Shown here piece after piece: positions 58,019-64,000 of a stretch of DNA of 64,000 bases; the stretch's first letter is position 1, and every line of letters begins with the position of its first letter. Made by a program: the position numbers and the translations under genes. The notes under the pieces were generated by a model, which worked only from the letters and a program-made list of their open reading frames with translations, ran no database searches and had not been told where the DNA came from. The stretch comes from a virus, in IMG/VR virus record IMGVR_UViG_3300025603_000009, positions 1 to 64,000 of that record, one strand, 5' to 3'.

Positions 58019-58158
58019 TAATGTACGCATACGTAGTTATTACGTGTGTGTACGTAAGCATAGTCTAATCATACTTACAGCGCGAACACTGTAATGTCTC
58101 AGACTTGTCTCTTTATTAATGTCTTAGAATTAACAACACAAATAATACCACAGAAATT

Positions 58159-58530
58159 ATGATTAAGTTTTCTAAAGTGATTAGAACTATACTACTATCA
58201 ATAGTATTAATAATATTATTCATACAATTGTATGGTGATGTATTCAGTACTACTATGCCAGTATTACTTATGGCTCAATTGATGGCTTGTATTGGTATTG
58301 CATTCATATTCTTTACAGATCATAACGAATATGATGATTGGACTCAAGTAAAACCTAAAGACTGTGATGAATCTCGTAGATATTGCAATGATATAAAATG
58401 TATTAGTGGCAATACTACATTTCTTGGTAGTAGATATGATTCCAGTGATGCAGTTGTATACAAGTATAGGTGTTATGATTGCAATACTACATATGAAATT
58501 GCAGAAGTACGTTTAAGAAAGAGGTTGTAG
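58159..58530 (+). CDS. membrane protein with two TM helices and a C-terminal Zn-ribbon-like motif
   Basis: Two hydrophobic segments; CNDIKC...CYDC. Confidence 0.65.
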   Translation: MIKFSKVIRTILLSIVLIILFIQLYGDVFSTTMPVLLMAQLMACIGIAFIFFTDHNEYDDWTQVKPKDCDESRRYCNDIKCISGNTTFLGSRYDSSDAVVYKYRCYDCNTTYEIAEVRLRKRL

Positions 58531-59139
58531 ATTAACAATGATAGTAGTATTTGCATGATTAATGATATTGTGCAGATACTACTTGATTTAATACTTATAA
58601 TAATACTAGTATCTTAGCATTGACATTGATCGAAAGAAAACGAATGTGTTAGTGTATATTCATACCATACTAATTAGTATATGTCAATATTTAGTGTATA
58701 TTATATATAAGGTATAGATACATTGACAAGTCTACGTACACATACAATACTATATTCAATAGTATTTGCATACACACAATCCCTAATTATAAGTTTATAC
58801 TATACTTGTACACATAATATAGTGACATATACTCACTGTATTTATGCAATTACTCAAGATAAGCGTATAACTAACAGTATTAGAGTAGCTATTTGCATTA
58901 ATAATAATAATGTATTAATACTATTCACACTATTTATTACTACTTCAGATACTTGAACTAATGATAGTATCAGAGTTTATTATGTATTAACTTTCACAAG
59001 CGTTTCCTTATAACTTTGGAATGTTAGTCTTACTCTTATGCTTTAGTCGGCAATAACATTTATTACAATTAGAAGAAATACCTAGTGTATAGAACAGCAC
59101 ACTAATTGTAGTATTTGTATCATCATAAAAATTAGCATT

Positions 59140-59346
59140 ATGAAACTTAGTATGAAAAGATATACTGTAACTATTAATTTCATTTTTAATAAGACAGGTA
59201 ATGTAAAGAGTATTGTTGAGAATGTAAAAACATTAAAAGAAGCATTGTCTTATAAAGATATACTTGATGAAACTGTATCTACAGCACGTATTAAAAATAA
59301 TGTTACAGGTAGAATTAAATGGTTAATACCTCACACAATTAAATAA
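59140..59346 (+). CDS. hypothetical early protein
   Basis: 68-aa ORF with an A-rich leader. Confidence 0.65.
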   Translation: MKLSMKRYTVTINFIFNKTGNVKSIVENVKTLKEALSYKDILDETVSTARIKNNVTGRIKWLIPHTIK

Positions 59347-59358
59347 ATAATAAGAATT

Positions 59359-59526
59359 ATGAGCAAGCGAGTAACAGCAAAGTTTTTACCTGAAGAAAAG
59401 AAAATGAAATTCTTAACAGTATCTAAAGAATACATAGTATTGCGAACAGATGCAGGTGATAATGTATTTATTACAGCCGACGATGGTACTGTTCGTCCTT
59501 ATGCACGTAGTATGTTCGAGAATTAG
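59359..59526 (+). CDS. small hypothetical protein (not in the ORF track)
   Basis: MSKRVTAKFLPEEKKMKFLTVSKEYIVLRTDAGDNVFITADDGTVRPYARSMFEN, 55 aa; fills the gap between genes. Confidence 0.7.
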   Translation: MSKRVTAKFLPEEKKMKFLTVSKEYIVLRTDAGDNVFITADDGTVRPYARSMFEN

Positions 59527-59565
59527 TATCATCATTTCAATTCATTGTTTTAATACCTACAACAG

Positions 59566-59730
59566 ATGAAAAAAATATTAGTATTAGTAGTAGTATCTAT
59601 GATGGTAACATCATGTGTAACTAAACACACAACACAGGGATACAAAAATGTGTGGGAAACTAAAGATGGTAAGATGCGCAAAATGCGTACAACTGAACGT
59701 CCGTTATGTATTGATTCTTGGAAGCCATGA
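59566..59730 (+). CDS. small lipoprotein (not in the ORF track)
   Basis: MKKILVLVVVSMMVTS-C lipobox, 54 aa; ATGA overlap with the next gene. Confidence 0.75.
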   Translation: MKKILVLVVVSMMVTSCVTKHTTQGYKNVWETKDGKMRKMRTTERPLCIDSWKP

Positions 59731-59939
59731 GTGACAACACGAGACATATATGGGAGGGTTGGACAGTCCAAAACTTCATTGATGAACTGGAAATAACTTT
59801 CGGTTATCAAAAGCTAAAAGATCTTAATGCACTAAAAAAATGGTGTATGAGTGAGCAACCATACTACAAAAAGCATATACCAGAAGTGTACAATCACTTC
59901 AAACAAAAGTTTGTGCCTGCGGTTGATATGTGGGACTAA
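59727..59939 (+). CDS. hypothetical early protein
   Basis: ATG at 59727 coupled to the upstream TGA; IWEGWTVQNFIDEL...QPYYKKHIPEV. Confidence 0.75.
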   Translation: MSDNTRHIWEGWTVQNFIDELEITFGYQKLKDLNALKKWCMSEQPYYKKHIPEVYNHFKQKFVPAVDMWD

Positions 59940-59952
59940 TCATTAAACATTT

Positions 59953-60034
59953 AAAATGTCTCTTTTATGGGCGAGGTTAATAATCCACTTTTAAATAAGC
60001 ATTATTAATAGTGGTTCAAGTCCACTGCATTTTT
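59953..60034 (+). ncRNA. tRNA-like RNA 1 (non-canonical)
   Basis: 7-bp acceptor-like stem AAAATGT/GCATTTT abutting a canonical T-arm AGTGG-TTCAAGT-CCACT. Confidence 0.6.
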
Positions 60035-60040
60035 TATAGT

Positions 60041-60148
60041 AACTTTCATCCAATTGCGGGTGATTAACCATATCAGATAAACATTGTTATTGCTCAATCT
60101 AGTTATAGAGCCTTTGTTTCTTGTCAAGGTGCAACCTTGTGAGAGTTA
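60041..60148 (+). ncRNA. tRNA-like RNA 2 (non-canonical)
   Basis: 8-bp closing stem AACTTTCA/TGAGAGTT abutting CAAGG-TGCAA-CCTTG. Confidence 0.45.
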
Positions 60149-60187
60149 TTATTTATTTAAGTATTTATAATCATTAAAGAAAAAGAA

Positions 60188-60418
60188 ATGGAAAAAATGC
60201 ACGTTCAAATAAACGAAGAACAACCTCTTGCAGCAATAGAAGAAGTATTAAAAGCAGCAGATGTTGCAAAAATAGACCCTTCTTATCCAAACGAAAAACA
60301 AGTTTTATTAGTTATTTATTCAGATGCTTTTTACTGCACTTATAGACATGATGTAAGACTATTTGACGAGGAATTAACTACATTACCACAACTACTAAAC
60401 ATTTTAAAAGATGCTTAA
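60188..60418 (+). CDS. hypothetical early protein
   Basis: 76-aa ORF in a tightly packed run. Confidence 0.7.
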   Translation: MEKMHVQINEEQPLAAIEEVLKAADVAKIDPSYPNEKQVLLVIYSDAFYCTYRHDVRLFDEELTTLPQLLNILKDA

Positions 60419-60725
60419 TTTAGGAATAGAACAAATACTAGCATTTTTATTGGGTGTTTTATTTATGTTTACTTGCATATTTGTATCAAGTGTAATTAAC
60501 TACAGACGCAAAAAAGATTCAAGTGAATCTACAAGTACATCAATGGTAGACAGTGTAAATGCAGTTAAAGTACAACAACAGAAAGTTAATTCATTACTAA
60601 TTTCGCCTTTGAATGATGAATTAGTGGGAATACATAAAGATGTAAACTCAACTACATTTGTACAAGACCAAATAATAGAATCTGCAATAGAAGATGTGTT
60701 ATCAAACTACTTACAAAAACTATAA
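60411..60725 (+). CDS. single-TM hypothetical protein
   Basis: N-terminal TM segment followed by RRKK. Confidence 0.7.
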   Translation: MLNLGIEQILAFLLGVLFMFTCIFVSSVINYRRKKDSSESTSTSMVDSVNAVKVQQQKVNSLLISPLNDELVGIHKDVNSTTFVQDQIIESAIEDVLSNYLQKL

Positions 60726-60730
60726 ACAAA

Positions 60731-60937
60731 ATGGAACAATCAGAAGAATTAAAAAGATTGTTAGTAGATGCAAGTTATATAGGTGACGGTGCATATGTAA
60801 CTTTAGGAGCATCTGCAATTGAAATAATTGTATTTACTTCAAATGGTATTGATGTACAAAATCAAATACATTTAGATTTAGTAAATCTAACATTAATATC
60901 AGATTTTTATCACTTGCATAATAACGATGTCTTATGA
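60731..60937 (+). CDS. hypothetical early protein
   Basis: YIGDGAYV motif; tightly packed. Confidence 0.7.
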   Translation: MEQSEELKRLLVDASYIGDGAYVTLGASAIEIIVFTSNGIDVQNQIHLDLVNLTLISDFYHLHNNDVL

Positions 60938-61446
60938 AACCAAGAACAGAACTTTCAATAAACGTATTTTTAAAAGCATTAGAAACAGACACTATTGTAA
61001 AAGGTACGTGTTCAGCTTGTGCAGTAGGTAATATGATAGCAGCAGCAAATTCTGTACGTGTACGTAAACATCCAACACAACAATTTGGTAAGGATATGTT
61101 AAATTACGTAACAGACAACTTTATACCAAACTGGGTACGAGTGTTTGTAACAACACACAAGGGTGTACAACGATATTATCCAGAAAAATTAACAGGTGCA
61201 ATAGAAAAAATGTTACTTAAAACAAATTTTACTATTGACGAATTAAGAATAATTGAACACACATTTGAAACAACTGCTAAACATCATTATCTATCTTATC
61301 CTACATTACATCCAAACATTGTACGTCAAGATATACTCAATGGTTTAATTGCTGTAGTAGAAGAAATGTTATTATTTGACAAATCTACAAAAGATGTTAA
61401 AGATGTATTTACATCTAAAGCTCTATTAATTCCAGTTAATTCTTAA
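60934..61446 (+). CDS. hypothetical protein with a CxxCAVGN motif
   Basis: KGTCSACAVGNMIA. Confidence 0.75.
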   Translation: MKPRTELSINVFLKALETDTIVKGTCSACAVGNMIAAANSVRVRKHPTQQFGKDMLNYVTDNFIPNWVRVFVTTHKGVQRYYPEKLTGAIEKMLLKTNFTIDELRIIEHTFETTAKHHYLSYPTLHPNIVRQDILNGLIAVVEEMLLFDKSTKDVKDVFTSKALLIPVNS

Positions 61447-61448
61447 TT

Positions 61449-61745
61449 ATGAAAAAGCAAGATATAGTAGCCTTAATAAGTAGGCATTGTTTAAAAACTA
61501 CTAATACAAAGAAACACGGATTAGTAGGTTCAGAAATATCTATAAACACTTTTGCTGATGCATTACTTGAAGAATTAGACTTTTCTTCTACACCCATGCA
61601 AAAACTTCACAAGCTGATGGCAGAACATGACGGTGTAGCACTACATCTACGTCATTTATTTGAGAACAAACAGTACGACAGAATATGCTATATTACAGGC
61701 ATTGATGTTGCATATATTCATAAACCAATAGTACCAAAAACATAG
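61449..61745 (+). CDS. hypothetical early protein
   Basis: 98-aa ORF, tightly packed. Confidence 0.65.
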   Translation: MKKQDIVALISRHCLKTTNTKKHGLVGSEISINTFADALLEELDFSSTPMQKLHKLMAEHDGVALHLRHLFENKQYDRICYITGIDVAYIHKPIVPKT

Positions 61746-61749
61746 TATT

Positions 61750-61944
61750 ATGCAATGGACACCAACAACAGCATGGATAGATGAATGTGTATTTATGTTA
61801 GTATTTGTTCCAATAGGTATTATTCGCTCTATATGGTATAATGTATCAATATGTTATACTAATATGTATCCACTTAAACATACTCATGTATGTTTATTAA
61901 CACTGCTATTAATTTTTATTCTCGTTTTAACTTTAACCATTTAA
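61750..61944 (+). CDS. small membrane protein
   Basis: Two hydrophobic segments; tightly packed. Confidence 0.55.
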   Translation: MQWTPTTAWIDECVFMLVFVPIGIIRSIWYNVSICYTNMYPLKHTHVCLLTLLLIFILVLTLTI

Positions 61945-61954
61945 ATTTTTAATT

Positions 61955-62413
61955 ATGAGTAAGTCGTTAGAAAATGCAGTTCAATTAGAAGCGCACGAAA
62001 TATTACTTTTAACTCCATTTCAAAAAGCAACTAATGCTATAATATGGATAAAAGAATTGTTAGCAACAAAAGCTAAACAAGGAAATAGTAAACTTGGAAA
62101 TGCAAAAGTAGGTTTTTGTTGTTTAGGTGTAGGGTGTACAATTTTAAACATAAAAGATTATAGCTTTGTTGCAGGTACAGATGCAAGATTTACAGCAAGC
62201 GTAGGATTAATAACTCACGTTGGTTATCCACACTATCCTGATCATAAAGACCCATTTTTACGGTCATTAACAGAGTTAAATGATAATGAAAAGTACACGT
62301 TTAAACAAATTGCTGTACATCTTTGTAAGCATCATTTATACTATTTTCATAAAGATGTATCTGATCAAATAGGTATATTATTAAAAGAAGAAAATTTAAT
62401 ACAAACCTCTTAA
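61955..62413 (+). CDS. hypothetical phage protein
   Basis: FCCLGVGC...LTELND..TFKQIA motifs. Confidence 0.75.
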   Translation: MSKSLENAVQLEAHEILLLTPFQKATNAIIWIKELLATKAKQGNSKLGNAKVGFCCLGVGCTILNIKDYSFVAGTDARFTASVGLITHVGYPHYPDHKDPFLRSLTELNDNEKYTFKQIAVHLCKHHLYYFHKDVSDQIGILLKEENLIQTS

Positions 62414-62423
62414 TTCTATTCTC

Positions 62424-62612
62424 ATGTTTACATTATTTGTTATTTGTTTAATAATTGGAGTAGTTGCATCGGTTGTATTACTTATAGCTGCAGGAAATTC
62501 TTCTGATTCTATACCATCAAGTAAGCATCTTAAAATGTTATTATTTATTGTTGTACTTATGTATGTTATTGGATGCATCGCGTATTCAAATGTATATCCA
62601 CCACTTGATTAA
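62424..62612 (+). CDS. small two-TM membrane protein
   Basis: Two hydrophobic helices. Confidence 0.6.
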   Translation: MFTLFVICLIIGVVASVVLLIAAGNSSDSIPSSKHLKMLLFIVVLMYVIGCIAYSNVYPPLD

Positions 62613-62623
62613 TATTTACAATT

Positions 62624-63106
62624 ATGAATATCCAAAACTTAAAAAGAATACGTAATTACATTCAATCAATACCAGAAGATCGTATTGATATGAGAACATT
62701 TGGAAGTTCTTCTAATATACTTTTAGATTTCAGAACAAAAGAAATTGACCCAGAAGCAGTAAAAGAACTTACAGACTGTAATACAGTAGCCTGTATAATA
62801 GGTCATTCTATAATATTAGATTTAGATTTGTATGCAGAAATAGCAAAAGAAAACGCATACAAATCTACAAATTGTACAGAATGGGCTACAAAATTTTGTG
62901 AACTTGATAATACGTATCAATTTTCATGGTTATTTGGACCAACATGGCACGCCAGTTTTAAAACTGTTGCTGATATAACTGTACGATTGAATTATGCAAT
63001 AGAACATAATTCAATACCAATAAATGCGTTAAAGCAAATAAAAAGCGGAGTTTTTTATAATGTAATGTACATTTTATTTAAGCACAATTTAAAATATATA
63101 CCATAA
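62624..63106 (+). CDS. hypothetical phage protein
   Basis: IDMRTF...CNTVACIIGH...WLF motifs. Confidence 0.75.
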   Translation: MNIQNLKRIRNYIQSIPEDRIDMRTFGSSSNILLDFRTKEIDPEAVKELTDCNTVACIIGHSIILDLDLYAEIAKENAYKSTNCTEWATKFCELDNTYQFSWLFGPTWHASFKTVADITVRLNYAIEHNSIPINALKQIKSGVFYNVMYILFKHNLKYIP

Positions 63107-63429
63107 TGGAAATTCAATCTTCTATACAAGCAGTGTTAACATTTTTTTTAATACTATTAACAGGTGCTTTTATTTACACATCGGACAAAAGTGTTGAAAA
63201 TGTTACAACAAAACCTGTTATTACTTCTCATGTAATAGTAGCTACAGTGGTTTTAAAAAAAGATACTGTAAAAATACCATTTAAATTACAAGGGAAGCCT
63301 TATTATGATATAAACGATGCTATAACTGTACGTTTTATCAATGATACAGCTATAATTATTAACAATAGACTTACAACTTTAGATGGTATTGCCACTTATA
63401 AAGGAGTAGTCGTAAAAATCGTAGAATAA
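63106..63429 (+). CDS. single-TM hypothetical protein
   Basis: N-terminal anchor; TAATG coupling on both sides. Confidence 0.7.
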   Translation: MEIQSSIQAVLTFFLILLTGAFIYTSDKSVENVTTKPVITSHVIVATVVLKKDTVKIPFKLQGKPYYDINDAITVRFINDTAIIINNRLTTLDGIATYKGVVVKIVE

Positions 63430-63656
63430 TGGCTATTATATTGTTACCTACAACACACGAAAAAATGATGTGTTTGATAAAGGATTTTAAGCACACAAAA
63501 AAACTTCTTATTATAAATGTAAGTGCAGCTAATTATTTTAGAAAAGCATTTATAAATGCAATGGTAGATGGTGATTCACAAACTGTTAAATTGTTATATA
63601 TTGAATATTGTGATCGCAAACACAATGTTAATTATATTAAAACATTGTTAAATTAA
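63429..63656 (+). CDS. hypothetical protein
   Basis: 75-aa ORF translationally coupled to the upstream gene. Confidence 0.6.
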   Translation: MAIILLPTTHEKMMCLIKDFKHTKKLLIINVSAANYFRKAFINAMVDGDSQTVKLLYIEYCDRKHNVNYIKTLLN

Positions 63657-63687
63657 CAATAAAATAAATACTGAATTACTATAAATT

Positions 63688-63939
63688 ATGGCTTACGATA
63701 TAGAAATAAAAAAAGAAACACCCAACTTAAAAGATGTTAAAGTAGCTGATTTACCTTGTTTAGGTAAAAATAAGATTACTGGGAATATTTCCCAATTAAT
63801 AGGTGTAAATGGTAATCAATTTATTACACATAGCCGTAGATCTAGTGCAGTGTGTGGTGATAGTAGTAAGGGTGTTAGATTGTTATCAAACTACACTTTA
63901 GCACCTCCTAACACCTCAATAACAATCACCCAACCCTAA
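63688..63939 (+). CDS. hypothetical protein
   Basis: 83-aa ORF. Confidence 0.65.
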   Translation: MAYDIEIKKETPNLKDVKVADLPCLGKNKITGNISQLIGVNGNQFITHSRRSSAVCGDSSKGVRLLSNYTLAPPNTSITITQP

Positions 63940-64000
63940 TACCAATAATAATCTATATACTTACTATAAACAACACAAATAAAATAGTTGGTATTGTAAA

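Noticed and set aside
58723-58956. 77-aa ORF in the ORF track
   Set aside because: TTG start, low-complexity T/I/Y composition and overlap with hairpins; more likely non-coding
59550-59810. 86-aa minus-strand ORF
   Set aside because: Antisense to the better-supported lipoprotein and 59727 genes
59953-60148. Canonical tRNA genes
   Set aside because: D-arm and anticodon-arm geometry do not fit a decoding tRNA; reported as tRNA-like instead

Overview
About 64 kb of an AT-rich crAss-like phage (Crassvirales) genome, probably infecting an environmental Bacteroidota/Flavobacteriia host, read in the standard genetic code. Positions 1-5.4 kb (+) are the end of the replication/nucleotide-metabolism block (dNMP kinase, GroES-like, DUF932, MazG-like). 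Positions 5.6-56.3 kb (-) are the late block in canonical crAss order: HU-like, PD-(D/E)XK nuclease, amidase, terminase, portal, scaffold-like, major capsid, ring/auxiliary capsid/tail proteins, muzzle, three cargo proteins and a 3780-aa virion RNA polymerase polyprotein. A highly structured non-coding divergence region at 56.3-57.3 kb (possible genome end) is followed by small early genes (+). The least expected signals are RNA elements in the putative early transcript: a complete type II hammerhead ribozyme with a pseudoknot directly after the first early gene, two tandem tRNA-like folds that are not canonical tRNAs, and a well-formed H-type pseudoknot. At protein level there is a recurring D-[MFL]-[AS]-[LI]-S motif at domain borders of the ejected proteins (candidate zincin cleavage sites) and a tandem Acb2/Tad1-like hairpin protein. 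All calls come from reading motifs and gene order by eye; no searches were run.
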